Assembly: GCA_963845565.1 (NCBI GenBank)
Contig: CAWJSJ010000004.1
Location: 47,905-111,904 of the forward strand
Length of the DNA: 64,000 nt
Direction of reading: 5' to 3'
From: an uncultured Methylomirabilota bacterium
Lineage (GTDB): Bacteria > Methylomirabilota > Methylomirabilia > Methylomirabilales > 2-02-FULL-66-22
The position numbers were made by a program, and so were the translations under genes. The notes beneath the pieces were generated by a model that ran no database searches, was not told where the DNA came from, and was given only the letters and a program-made list of their open reading frames with translations. Of the stretch, positions 19,640-29,840 are shown one piece after another. How positions within the stretch are numbered: position 1 is the first letter of the stretch; each line of letters starts with the position of its first letter.

Positions 19640-20686
19640 GTGACGACACGAGTGAAGCCGGATCAATTGCGCGACTTCTGTGCGGGACTCTTCGAGGGGG
19701 CAGGCGTGCCGTCGGCGGACGCCCGGACGGTGGCCGATAGCTTGGTGGAGGCGGATCTCCGGGGGGTGTCCTCTCACGGGACGACCCGCGTCGGGATCTA
19801 TCTGGAGCGCCTTCAGGCGGGGCTGATCAACTCGCGACCGACGGTGGCGGTAATCCGGGAGACCGCAACCACCCTCCTCCTGGACGGCGACAACGGCTTG
19901 GGGCCGGTCGTCGGCGTGCGCGCCATGGACGAGGCGATCCGGCGGGCAACGGAGTACGGGACCGCCTGGGTGGGTGTCCGGAACAGCAACCACTTCGGTG
20001 CGGCGGCGTACTACGTGACGCGGGCGATCACCGCCCGGTGCATCGGGTTCGCCCTGACGAACGCCCCCGCCACGATGGCGCTGTGGGGAGGCCGGACGCC
20101 GTTTCTCGGGACCAACCCCTTTGCCATGGGGGTGCCGGCCGGCCGGGAGCGGCCCATCGTGGTGGACATGGCGACCAGCGTGGCGGCGCGCGGCAAGATC
20201 ATCCTGGCGGCGAAGAAGGGCGAGGCCATCCCGTCGGGTCTGGCCGTCGACGTCGAGGGCCGGCCGACGACCGACGCGCAGGCTGCGCTGGATGGCGCGG
20301 TCCTGCCCTTCGCGCAGCACAAGGGGTACGGCATTGCGCTCTTGATCGAGATGCTGTCCGGGGTCCTGGCTGGCGCCACCATCGCACCAGCCGTGGGGAA
20401 CCTCTACGGCAACCCCACCGGGACGCAGAACCTCGGCCACGGCTTCGGGGCGCTGCGCGTGGAGGCGCTGGCCCCGATCGGCGAGTTCGCGGAGCGCATG
20501 GACACGCTGATCCGCGAAGTGCGACAGAGCCCGCGCGGCGCCGGCATAGAGCGCATCTATCTGCCGGGCGAGATCGAGTTCGAATTGGCGGAACGAAACC
20601 GCCGAGACGGACTGGCGCTGGCGGAGCCGACGGTTCGCGAACTGTCCGCCCTGGGGACGCAGGTCGGGGTTGCCTGTCCGTTCTAG
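19640..20686 (+). CDS. Ldh_2 family oxidoreductase (malate/L-lactate/sulfolactate dehydrogenase-like)
   Basis: SHGTTRVGIY, NSNHFGAAAYY, TNPFAMG and HKGYGIALLIE motifs. The start is GTG 19640 (after GGAGG) or 19628. Confidence 0.85.
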   Translation: MTTRVKPDQLRDFCAGLFEGAGVPSADARTVADSLVEADLRGVSSHGTTRVGIYLERLQAGLINSRPTVAVIRETATTLLLDGDNGLGPVVGVRAMDEAIRRATEYGTAWVGVRNSNHFGAAAYYVTRAITARCIGFALTNAPATMALWGGRTPFLGTNPFAMGVPAGRERPIVVDMATSVAARGKIILAAKKGEAIPSGLAVDVEGRPTTDAQAALDGAVLPFAQHKGYGIALLIEMLSGVLAGATIAPAVGNLYGNPTGTQNLGHGFGALRVEALAPIGEFAERMDTLIREVRQSPRGAGIERIYLPGEIEFELAERNRRDGLALAEPTVRELSALGTQVGVACPF

Positions 20687-20844
20687 TCTAGTCAGGCGGC
20701 GGTCGCGAAAGAGCAGGCGATGCGGGACCGCATCCTGACGGGGGAATACCTCTACGACATCCTGAAGTGTGGCGACGTGCTCAACAGGCTTGGCGTCGCG
20801 GAGAAGTGAACCCGGAGCGAATCGAGAAAGGAAGCGACGTTGCC

Positions 20845-21801
20845 ATGAAACCAAAGGTCCTCGTCACGGAGAACATTCATCAGGTCGGGTGGGAAACCCT
20901 GCGGGCCGACGCGGAGGCCGTGGCCTGGGGCGGACAGGAAAAGCAGCCGCTCCTCGAAGCGGTCAAGGACGTCCAGGCGATCCTGGTTCGCGTCGCCAAG
21001 CTCACGCCGGAGGTCATTCAGGCCGCGTCGCAGTTGAAGGTCATCGGCAAGCATGGCGTCGGCTACGACAACATCAACATCCCGGCCGCCACGGCACGCG
21101 GCGTCGTCGTCACCAATACGCCTCTGGCGAACTCCACCTCGGTGGCCGAACACGCGCTGGCGCTTCTCCTGGCAGTGGCCCGTCGGATCGGAGAATCCGA
21201 CCGGGACCTGGCCCGCGGGGCGATGCGCAGCCAGAAGGTCTATCAGGGGCTGGAGTTGTCGGGGAAGGTGATGGGGATCATCGGCCTGGGGAGCGCCGGA
21301 TTCCGGCTGGCCCGGATGACCGGGCAGGGTCTCGGCATGCGAGTACTCGGGTTCGATCCGTACAAGGAGCCGTGGCCGGAGGGGATCGAGCGCTGCCGGG
21401 AGGTCGAGCCGCTCCTGGCTCAGGCGGATTTCGTCTCGATCCATGTTCCGCTCACCAAGGAAACGACGAACCTCATCGGCAAAGAGACTCTCGCAAAGAT
21501 GAAGCCCACCGCCGTTCTGGTGAACACCGCCCGGGGCGGGATCGTGGACGAGGCCGCGGTGGCCGAGGCCGTGACGGCGGGTCGTTTGGCCGGAGTAGGG
21601 CTCGACGTGGTGGTGGACGAGCCTCTCAAGCCGTCTCACCCCTTGAACGGCGTGCCCAACATCCTCCTCACGGCACACGTGGCCGGCGTGACCGAGGAGG
21701 CCATGATGCGCATGGCTCAGGACTCCGCCGAGGACATCCTGCGGGTGTTGCGGGGAGAGCGCCCAAAGTATCCGGTGAATCGCGAAGTCTTGAAGGGATA
21801 G
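20845..21801 (+). CDS. D-isomer-specific 2-hydroxyacid dehydrogenase (PGDH-like)
   Basis: MKPKVLVTE..., GIIGLGSAG Rossmann motif, NTARGGIVDE, and HVAGVT. Confidence 0.85.
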   Translation: MKPKVLVTENIHQVGWETLRADAEAVAWGGQEKQPLLEAVKDVQAILVRVAKLTPEVIQAASQLKVIGKHGVGYDNINIPAATARGVVVTNTPLANSTSVAEHALALLLAVARRIGESDRDLARGAMRSQKVYQGLELSGKVMGIIGLGSAGFRLARMTGQGLGMRVLGFDPYKEPWPEGIERCREVEPLLAQADFVSIHVPLTKETTNLIGKETLAKMKPTAVLVNTARGGIVDEAAVAEAVTAGRLAGVGLDVVVDEPLKPSHPLNGVPNILLTAHVAGVTEEAMMRMAQDSAEDILRVLRGERPKYPVNREVLKG

Positions 21802-21871
21802 CGGTGCGGGTTGGGATTCCCAAAACGGCCGGGACCGGCAGAGATGCCGACCCCGGCCGTTTTGGTCTGCG

Positions 21872-22354
21872 TCAGTCGTCGTTCCCCTTGCCCTTTCCCT
21901 TGCCCTTGTGTTTGTCCTTTTCCTTGTGTTTCCCGTGTCCCTTCTCGTTGTCGTATCCCTGGGCTGCCGCCCAGGGCGGGGGCCCGTGCTTCTTCCAGTG
22001 CCCGGGCGGATGCTTGTAGTACGTCACGGGGACGGCCAGGATCGGCCGCGGGACCTGGTGGATGACCAGCGACATCCAGGGGCCATTGTAGCGGGCCGAG
22101 TAAAACCAGCCACCTTCATGGAACAGATAGTAGTAGCCGTCGTAGGTGAAGTAGTTGTGCGACACCGAGGGCGCATATTGCACGGGCACCCCCGGCACTG
22201 CCACGAGCGGCGGCGGGGCCCCGATGTTGAGGCCGAAGTTCACGCTCGGGGTGCTGATGCCGACACTGACATTCTGGGCACGGGCCGCCTCTTGCGTCAG
22301 CCCGAGGAAGGCCGCGGCCGTGGCCGCGGCAAGAGCAAGTGTTCGAAATCGCAT
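21872..22354 (-). CDS. secreted hypothetical protein with Lys/Gly-rich tail
   Basis: From MRFRTLALAAATAAAFLG (signal peptide). It has a Tyr/Pro-rich core and a KHKGKGKGKG C-terminus. Confidence 0.5.
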   Translation of the reverse strand: MRFRTLALAAATAAAFLGLTQEAARAQNVSVGISTPSVNFGLNIGAPPPLVAVPGVPVQYAPSVSHNYFTYDGYYYLFHEGGWFYSARYNGPWMSLVIHQVPRPILAVPVTYYKHPPGHWKKHGPPPWAAAQGYDNEKGHGKHKEKDKHKGKGKGKGNDD

Positions 22355-22816
22355 AGACTCTTCTCCGTTTCGGGGTTGTTGATGGCGCAACCGAGGTTGC
22401 CCGGGTGATTACGGACGGGTCCTCGTCGTGGTGGTCGAAGTCGTCGCGCCCGACTTGACCCCCGTGGTCGTGGCGCGCGTGGGCGAACCTTCCTTCATCG
22501 TGACTACCGATGCACGCCCTCGACACACAGCAAGAATTGTACCGGGAGATCACGGTCGTAACCCATTGAGAAATCAGGGTGCATGCATCTTGCCGGTAGG
22601 CCGGGTCGTGGAAAAGGCACAACGTGGGTAGAAAAATCGTCAGACGATCGAGGGGCACCGTCGCGGGTGTCGCCGGGAAGCCCCATGAGTTCCGCTAGGT
22701 TCCGGCTTGACATGGGCCAGAAGGCCGCCGGATACTTCGACACCGTCGCGGCTTTCGTCGCCCGGCTCTCTGACGACCATGGGTGGGCGAAGGCCGGCGC
22801 TGGCGGAGGCCATGTC

Positions 22817-23671
22817 ATGACGCGGATGAACGCCTGGTGGGACGCAGGTGTATTGCTGTTCATCGCGCTCTTGTGGATCGGTTCGCCCGCCGCCGAGAGC
22901 TGTACGCTCTGGGCGGCGGTGGGGGAGGCCGCCCGGGACGGAGGCAGTCTGGTGGTCAAGAACCGCGACTGGCGGCCCGATCATCGGCAGGCGATCAAAC
23001 GCGTGACGCCGAAACAGGGCTTCCGCTACTACGGCCTCTTTGCGTACGGCAACGACTACCCGGGTCTCAAGGCCGGTGTCAACGAGAAGGGGCTCGTCGT
23101 CGTGTCGGCCACCGCGCCCTATCGCCAGCGAGACCTCAAGGAGATGCCCAGGACCAAGGACCGCCTGGGCCGACTTCTTCGGGAGCATGCCACGGTGGAG
23201 GAGGCGCTGAGCCGTCAGGACCTGTTCCTCGGTCCGACGTTTTTCCTGATCGCCGACCGGCGGCAGGCGGCGGTGGTTGAAGTCGGCCCGGGCGGAACCT
23301 TTGCCATCGGGAAGCCCGTCGGAGGTATCATCGCGCACACCAATCACTATGTCCTGCCCTCGATGGTCCGGTTCAACCCAGCCAAGATCGGCGAGAGCAG
23401 CCGGGAACGCTCGACCCGGATCCACGAGGTGCTGGGAACCGGCGGCCCCTTCGGCCCGGCCGACTTCGAACGGATCAGCGCGTCACGGGACGGCGGGGTG
23501 GATCACGCCATCTGGCGCACCGGCAAGGGGCCTGACGCCACTCGCACGCTTGCCACCTGGATGGTCCGCCAGAGGGCCGACGGCGACATCGCGCTGTTTG
23601 TTCGTCTGGCCAACCCAGGAGACGAGGTCCGGGAGATCCGCCTCTCGGGCGCGGATCTCTTCGGGCGGTGA
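22817..23671 (+). CDS. peptidase C45 / acyl-CoA:6-APA acyltransferase-like Ntn hydrolase
   Basis: A signal peptide is followed by the SCTLWAA candidate N-terminal nucleophile Cys, then KNRDW and HTNHY motifs. Confidence 0.6.
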   Translation: MTRMNAWWDAGVLLFIALLWIGSPAAESCTLWAAVGEAARDGGSLVVKNRDWRPDHRQAIKRVTPKQGFRYYGLFAYGNDYPGLKAGVNEKGLVVVSATAPYRQRDLKEMPRTKDRLGRLLREHATVEEALSRQDLFLGPTFFLIADRRQAAVVEVGPGGTFAIGKPVGGIIAHTNHYVLPSMVRFNPAKIGESSRERSTRIHEVLGTGGPFGPADFERISASRDGGVDHAIWRTGKGPDATRTLATWMVRQRADGDIALFVRLANPGDEVREIRLSGADLFGR

Positions 23672-23675
23672 GCCG

Positions 23676-23770
23676 TTGTCAAAGAATAAGTTGAGCGGAG
23701 ACATTCCGAAACGGCATAAGGAGCCGTAACGAAATAGAAAGAGATGTATAGGGTATTTCGTAACGGCTCC
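23676..23770 (+). repeat. AT-rich hairpin element, copy 2
   Basis: Nearly identical to 51348..51443. It contains the GGAGCCGTAACGAAAT / ATTTCGTAACGGCTCC 16-bp inverted repeat with one A-A mismatch. Confidence 0.75.
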
Positions 23771-23857
23771 TAAGGCGCGACAGCACCGCGGGAAGCGCCG
23801 GCCACCTCTCTTGCCACGGCCGACCGGTCTCGAAGCGATGTCGGCGATGGGCTGTGA

Positions 23858-23980
23858 TCACGGGCAGGCTCGGAACGGATGCTGTGCGATCCAGTGCCGG
23901 GCGATGTCTGCCCGGCGGCAGATCCAGACCCGGTCGTGTTGCTGGACGTAGTCCAGGAAGCGCATGAGCGCGGCGGCGCG
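23858..23980 (-). pseudogene. 3'-terminal fragment of a PuuE-like polysaccharide deacetylase gene
   Basis: Encodes ...AALMRFLDYVQQHDRVWICRRADIARHWIAQHPFRACP*. Segment 23886..23980 is near-identical to 30141..30236. Confidence 0.6.
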
Positions 23981-24698
23981 GCACGGGCTGTGCGTCATCG
24001 AGGATGCCGCCCACTGCATCGGCGGCGAGTACCGGGGACGGCGGATCGGGAGCTTCGGCGACACGCAGGTGTTCAGCTTCCACCCGAACAAAAACATCAC
24101 GACCGGCGAGGGTGGTTGCGTCGTGACCCGCGACGCCAAGATGCAACGCGACATCAAGTTGTTGCGCTTTCACGGGATCGACCGCGAGGCGACGTCTGAG
24201 TTGGCGCGGCGCGGGTTGCCGCACTACGAAATCGGCCTCGCGGGATACCAGTTCAACATGATGGACCTGCAAGCCGCTCTGGGCCTTCACCAGTTGCCGC
24301 GGCTGGACGCGATCAATGACCGTCGCCGCCGACTGGCCGATCGGTACCGACAAGCGCTCGCCGCCTGCCCCGGCCTGAGGTGTCCCCGGACGCCGGCCTA
24401 CCCGCATACGCACGCGTGGCATCTCTTCGCGCCGCTAGTCGAGGCGGACGCTTCTGGCGCGTCCCGCGATGACCTCATGCTCTGCCTCAGAGAGCGGGGG
24501 ATGGGCACCGGCTTGCACTACCAGGCGATCCACCTGAGCAGCTTCTACGCGAAACGGTATGGCTGGACGCGAGGCGATTTCCCAAACGCGGAGTACATCT
24601 CCGACCGCGTCGTCAGTCTGCCCCAGTTTCCCGACATGACCGAGGCGGACCAAGACCGCGTGGTCGCGGCGCTTGCCGCGATCTTCGGCGAAGTCTGA
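23964..24698 (+). pseudogene. DegT/DnrJ/EryC1/StrS aminotransferase, N-terminally truncated (about 120 aa missing)
   Basis: Begins at ...HGLCVIEDAAHCIGG. It retains SFHPNKNITTGEGG (PLP Lys). Its ATG lies inside the antisense deacetylase fragment. Confidence 0.7.
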
Positions 24699-24870
24699 GT
24701 GTCGCCCGCTGGTGACTCTCGGGCCTTTTGTGGCGAATCGTTTCGGTGACCCCGCTGTGTCACTTCGGCCTTGACCCGTGCGCCGTCCACGCGGATGCTC
24801 TTGAGCGGGTCAACTACCCGCGGCCTGTTGGCCGACCGCGCGCGAGGCGAATGGAGGAGAGGAGGACAAC

Positions 24871-25337
24871 ATGAAATACCTCGCAGTGATCTCGCTCTCT
24901 TGGGAATCGCCACCTCGTTTGCCGCGCAAGACCTCACGTGGCGCAAGGACGTGCAGCCGATCATTCAGGCCTCGTGCGCGGCGTGCCACGGGGCGAAAGC
25001 CCCCGTCTATGAGGAATGGAACCTCGATTGGGAGAAATGGACCAAGCAGAACGTGGGTCCGCGCATGGATCTGTACGAGTACTTCATGCGCCATGTGGTC
25101 TGGCCCGCCACCGGTTCTTTGATACGGCGCCTCGACGACGGCAAGAACGCGGACGGAAAGCCCGGGAACATGTACGTCTTCCTGGATTCTACCGACGCGG
25201 ACCGCGCCAAGAAACTTCAAACGATCAAGGAGTGGCTTGGCGGTGAGGGCGCCTGGTTTCTCAACCGGTGGGAAACACGCGGCAGCGTGCCGGGGGTGAC
25301 CAAAGAGCAACTCGACAGGATCAAGGCGAAGTACTGA
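24871..25337 (+). CDS. mono-haem c-type cytochrome-like protein, apparent 1-nt frameshift after the start
   Basis: GGAGGAGAGGAGG precedes ATG 24871, which gives MKYLAVI. The CAACH haem motif ORF (LALLGIATSFAAQD...) continues in the frame of ORF 24771..25337. The frame switch is near 24890. Confidence 0.55.
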
Positions 25338-25404
25338 CGGGGACGATTGGGATGCGCCTCTGCGCGAGGCGTCTTGTGCAGATTGGTTAAGAGCAGTGAA
25401 GATG

Positions 25405-25453
25405 CGAAACGGGCGAGACAGGCCAGAGGCAAGCCTCGCCCGTTTCGATTTTC
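25405..25453 (+). terminator. rho-independent terminator candidate
   Basis: AAACGGGCGAG ... CTCGCCCGTTT 11-bp stem followed by CGATTTTCT, about 70 nt downstream of the cytochrome stop. Confidence 0.6.
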
Positions 25454-25670
25454 TGGCAATCGACTCGTTTCGTGTGCTCCTTGACGGGCGCTCCAAACCC
25501 ATACGTTGCAGGCTCACCACAAAGCACTATCGGACAGGCCGAATTCTCCGAATCGCCAGCGTAGCCAGCGGTCCCGTGGGGCCGCACAAGATTGTCCCAG
25601 GGTGCCATCGGAGATGACGGGTCGTTCCAGGCCCTTTGTGTCTTCGTGCTTTGTGGTGAAAGGTTTCGGT

Positions 25671-26888
25671 TTATGCGGGAATCCTCAACGGCCGGAAAAA
25701 CGCTCTCAGTTCTTCGGCCATTTCTTCCGCGCGTTCGTGCACGGCGAAATGGCCACCCTTCTCGAACTTCGTGAAGCGGGTGACATTGTAGTAGCGTTCC
25801 GCACGCTGACGCACGATCGGCGCAAGTTCGTGCGGGTAGGCGGCCACTCCCGTCGGCACCTCGATCCGCCTTCCAGGTTCCAGCTCCCACGGATTGTAGT
25901 AGGACTCGCTGTAGAGCCGGATGGCCGACCAGAAGGAGTTCGTGACCCAGTAGAGCATCAGGTTGGTGATGATCATGTCGCGCGGAAAGACGCTCTCAAA
26001 ATCATCGCCCCACCCGCTCCAAGCGCGCCATTTCTCGACAATCCAGGCCGCCAGGCCCGCCGGCGAATCGGAAAGAGGCACCGCCAGGGTTTGCGGCCGG
26101 GTCATCTGCTGGTGACAGTACGCTCCCTCGTCAATCCAGTAACGTTCGACGTTCTTCCAATACCAGAGCATCTCGGGATCTTTCGGCTTCACCGGTGCCC
26201 ACTTCATGCCCAGCCCACGCAACAGGTCCGGGTCCTTGTCTTCCGGTTCGCGCTCGTCTCCGAGCCTCGGGAACAGGCAGTTCAGATGGATGCCCACCAG
26301 GTGCTCGGGGCACAGGTACCCGTAAGGCGCCGTGATGAAACCGCCCCAATCGCCGCCCTCGATGCCGTACCGCTCGTACCCCAGCCCCTCGGTCATCAAC
26401 TTGTCGTACTTCTCCGGGTGGTGCTGAAACCCGAAGCCCGCCGTCTTCGGGTAGTCCGAGAACCCGAACCCGATGATCGAGGGGACGATCACCGTGAACG
26501 CGTCGGCGGGGTCGCCGCCGTGGGCGGCCGGGTCCGTGAGCAGGGGCAGAATCCTGAGCAGCATGACGAACGACCACGGATAGCCGTGCATCATGAATAG
26601 CGGCAGGGAATTCGGCCCCTTCCCCTCCTCGCGAATGAAGTGAATGCCCAGACCGTCCACGTCGGCCTTGAAATGGTTGAGCCGGTTCAGCCGGGCTTCC
26701 TGCTCGCGCCAGTCGTATTCGTCCAGCCAATAGGCCACGAGGTTCTTCATGTAGGCGAGGTCCACGCCGCGGCTCCAGCCTCCTTCCGGCATGGCCTCCG
26801 GCCAGCGCGTGCGCGCCAGACGTTCGCGCAGGTCGTCGAGCACGTCCTGCGGAACCTCGATCTTCATTGGCCTGATGGCGGTTGTCAT
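25671..26888 (-). CDS. epoxide hydrolase (EHN N-terminal domain plus alpha/beta hydrolase)
   Basis: IEVPQDVLDDLRERLARTRWP, HGYPWSF and GGDWGG motifs. Confidence 0.85.
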   Translation of the reverse strand: MTTAIRPMKIEVPQDVLDDLRERLARTRWPEAMPEGGWSRGVDLAYMKNLVAYWLDEYDWREQEARLNRLNHFKADVDGLGIHFIREEGKGPNSLPLFMMHGYPWSFVMLLRILPLLTDPAAHGGDPADAFTVIVPSIIGFGFSDYPKTAGFGFQHHPEKYDKLMTEGLGYERYGIEGGDWGGFITAPYGYLCPEHLVGIHLNCLFPRLGDEREPEDKDPDLLRGLGMKWAPVKPKDPEMLWYWKNVERYWIDEGAYCHQQMTRPQTLAVPLSDSPAGLAAWIVEKWRAWSGWGDDFESVFPRDMIITNLMLYWVTNSFWSAIRLYSESYYNPWELEPGRRIEVPTGVAAYPHELAPIVRQRAERYYNVTRFTKFEKGGHFAVHERAEEMAEELRAFFRPLRIPA

Positions 26889-27117
26889 GCCCTCTCCTTT
26901 TCGTGCAGCCCACCGATCTCACCCGGCCCGCCGTTTCCCTCGCTTCGCGCACGACACGCACGAACGCCTTAATTGGTGTCCGGTAGTACCGCTGGGAGGG
27001 TCGGGACAACACAACCCGATCCGAGGGAAGGGGCCGTCACTCTCACCACGCTTCCTAACGGCGGGCACGCGAGGAGGATTGCCGTGAGGCTCGAACCTCC
27101 GGAGGCAGTGCGCGACC

Positions 27118-28430
27118 CTCCAGCGGAAGCTCTACCGCAAGGCCAAGTCGGAGCCCACCTTCCGGTTCTACCTCCTCTACGACAAGGTGCACCGGGCGGA
27201 CGTCCTGCGTCACGCCTGGGCCTTGGTGCGGGCGAACGGGGGCGCCCCGGGGTGGACGGGGTCACGATCGCGGCCGTGGAGGCGGACGGGGTCGACCGTT
27301 CCTCGCGCGTCTGGCCGAGGAACTCCGGACGCACACCTACCGGCCCGATCCCGTCCGGCGTGTGTCCATCCCCAAGCGGAGTGGGGGCGAGCGGCCCGCT
27401 CGGCATCCCGACGGTGCGGGACCGGGTGGTCCAGAGCCGCGGCCCGCCTGGTGCTTGGAGCCGATCTTCGAGGCGGACTTCCAGCCGTGCTCCTACGGCT
27501 TCCGCCCGAAGAAAGAGCGCGCACCAGGCCGTGGAGGAGATCCGCGCCCACCTCGCCGCGGGGCTACACGCAGGTGCTCGACGCCGACCTGACGGCCTAC
27601 TTCGACTCGATCCCCCATGACCGGCTGCTGGCGGCGGTGGCCCGCGCGTGACGCAGACCGGCACATCGCTGCGGCTGCTGACCGACAGTGGCTGCGCGCG
27701 CCCGGTGGTGGTCGAGCGGGACGGACGGGAAGCGGGAGGTCGCGGGGCGGCACAGCGGACGCGTCGCGGGACTCCGCAGGGTGGGGTGATCTCCCCGCTG
27801 CTCGCGAACCGTCTACCTGCACGCCTTCGACACGGCATGGCGAGCAGGCGGGCTGGAGCGACGCTGGCAGGCCCGGCTCATCCGGTACGCGGATGACTTC
27901 GTGATCTGCTGTCGGGCGCAGGCGGCGCCAGGTGCAAGCGGTCGTTACTGAGCAACTCCAGGCGCTCGGGTTGACGCTGAATGCAGCGAAGACCGAGTCC
28001 TGGACGCGCGGCAGCAGGCCTTCACCTTCCTCGGGTTCACGGTGCGGGTCGCACGGAGCCGACGGACCGGGCGGACGTTCCCCCTGATCCAGCCCCTCGG
28101 CCGCCGCCCGCCAGCGACTGCGGGATCACGGTGAAGGCGCTCACCGGTCGTGACGCATCTGGCGCTGCCGACGCCGACGGTCATCACGGCGGTCAATCGC
28201 GTGGTCCGCGGATGGGCCGGGTATTTCCACTTTCAGCACTGCACGCGCGACCTTCAGCGCGCTCCGGTGGTTCGTCAGCGAGCGGGTCCGGATCGTACCT
28301 GCGGCGCAAGCACCGGCTCCGGACGCGAGCCTACCAGGCCTTCCCGTAGACTGTGCTGTACGGGCGGCTGGGGCTCTACCGGTTGCCGATGCGGGCGCCG
28401 TGGCCTGCTCCGGCGTCTGCCGGGCGGTGA
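27118..28430 (+). pseudogene. group II intron reverse transcriptase/maturase, multiple frameshifts
   Basis: [30 protein letters not shown]..., [80 protein letters not shown] and VNRVVRGWAGYF are found in alternating frames. Confidence 0.8.
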
Positions 28431-28441
28431 AGGTGATCGGA

Positions 28442-28474
28442 GAGCCGGATGCGGGCAAACCGCACGTCCGGTTC
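28442..28474 (+). ncRNA. group II intron domain V
   Basis: GAGCCGGAUGCGG-GCAA-ACCGCACGUCCGGUUC matches the conserved domain V hairpin. Confidence 0.75.
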
Positions 28475-28587
28475 GATGAGGGGGTGCTGGCGTCCGGGCA
28501 CGGTCGGGCTCGTGAGGCACCGCCAGACGAAAGGGGCGGGAACAGATAGGCCCGACCTACCTTCAGATTCCCAGGCTCTACTCTACC

Positions 28588-29826
28588 CTATTTCCGGTCC
28601 AGCAGATATTTCCGCACCTGGGCGAGGGCCAGCTTGGTGGTGCGGTTCTCGACGAAGCGCATGGCGTGCGGCCAGCGCGCTTCCTGGCTGTCGGTGCCAC
28701 CGGGATGGGCCAGGGCGATCTGCACGACGTGATCCTGGTTCTTGTCCTTCGCCGCCTGCCCCGTGAGCGCCAGGCCGAGATCTGCTCCGGCCAGCACCCG
28801 CACGCGTTCCGCGAGGGATCGGGCCGCCTGCTCCCCCAGGATCGGTGAGGTTCCGAGGGTTGATGCAGGGATCTCCAGGAGCTTTCCGGCCGCCGTCGGG
28901 GAGGTGAACGTGGCGCCGAGCCTCAGGAACCGATCGCTGCCCGCCAGCCCCTTCAGGGTTTGGATGATGGAGCTGCCATAGCTCGTCTCGGCAACCGCCA
29001 GCGTCAGCCCGGCGTCGTGGAGGAGCCGCGTCAGGACTCCCTCGTAGGTCTCGTCGTCGGTCCCGAAGATGAACGTCTCCAGCCGCTCCCGGATCTTTCC
29101 CTCCAGGGCGGCGTTCATGGCCTGCGCGTCCGGGGCATGCTCGGCCTTGGCCGTGAGCCGGATATGGACCTCGCCGATCTGGGTGTGCGCCAGCAGGCCG
29201 ATGGTCGGATTCGAGCCCGCCTCGATCAGGTCCTTGATCTTTTCATCCACGAGGCTCTCTCCGATGCCGAAGAGCTTCAGGACGCGCGAGACGATGATTT
29301 CCCGGATGCCCATCTTCTGTCGCAGGTACGGGAGGATGGCGTGCTCCATGAAGTGGCGCATCTCGTGCGGTACGCCGGGGACCGACGCGATGGCGCGCGA
29401 TCCCTGTTCCACGATGAACCCCGGTGCCGTGCCCACGGGATTCTCGATGGGGATGGCCCCCTCTGGGATGAGGGCCTGCTTGCGGTTGTTTTCCCCCATG
29501 GGCCGTCCCACGCGCTTGAAGAAGTCGGCGATCTGATCGTAGAGTTGCTGATTGAAGACGAGCGGCCGGCCCGTGACCTCGGCGGCCGCCTCGCGCGTCA
29601 GGTCGTCGAGCGTCGGCCCGATGCCGCCGGTGGTCAGCACGAAGTCGGCGCGGTTCAAAGCGTTCTGCAGCGTCGTCTTGATCCGCTCCAGGTTGTCCCC
29701 GACGGTGGACTTGAAGTGTACGTCCACCCCGATGGTGGTGAGCTGCTGCGCCATGTAGGCCGAGTTGGTGTCCACGGTTTGACCGAGCAGCAGCTCGGTG
29801 CCGACAGCGACGATCTCTGCTTTCAC
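28588..29826 (-). CDS. CinA family protein (MoCF-binding domain plus nicotinamide-nucleotide amidohydrolase PncC domain)
   Basis: VKAEIVAVGTELLLGQTVDTNS... is the typical CinA N-terminus. GTG 29826 is preferred because the upstream ATG 29862 lies inside a repeat element. Confidence 0.85.
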   Translation of the reverse strand: MKAEIVAVGTELLLGQTVDTNSAYMAQQLTTIGVDVHFKSTVGDNLERIKTTLQNALNRADFVLTTGGIGPTLDDLTREAAAEVTGRPLVFNQQLYDQIADFFKRVGRPMGENNRKQALIPEGAIPIENPVGTAPGFIVEQGSRAIASVPGVPHEMRHFMEHAILPYLRQKMGIREIIVSRVLKLFGIGESLVDEKIKDLIEAGSNPTIGLLAHTQIGEVHIRLTAKAEHAPDAQAMNAALEGKIRERLETFIFGTDDETYEGVLTRLLHDAGLTLAVAETSYGSSIIQTLKGLAGSDRFLRLGATFTSPTAAGKLLEIPASTLGTSPILGEQAARSLAERVRVLAGADLGLALTGQAAKDKNQDHVVQIALAHPGGTDSQEARWPHAMRFVENRTTKLALAQVRKYLLDRK

Positions 29827-29840
29827 CTTGTCCCCCTTGG

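Larger units (their letters stand above)
26970..28560 (+). mobile_element. group II intron remnant: 5'-truncated, RT ORF frameshifted, domain V intact
   Basis: Only about 150-200 nt separate the neighbouring gene from the RT ORF, whereas domains I-III normally need several hundred nt. RT/maturase homology is spread over three frames. Canonical domain V follows the ORF. The 3' boundary is uncertain. Confidence 0.75.

Noticed and set aside
19466-20854. 462-aa minus-strand ORF
   Set aside because: It is antisense to the Ldh_2-family gene and has no motifs. It is a shadow ORF.
23739-23771. Nine-codon mini-ORF (MYRVFRNGS) inside the AT-rich hairpin element
   Set aside because: It is present in copies 2 and 3 only. 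Copy 1 has no ATG. There is no properly spaced ribosome-binding site.
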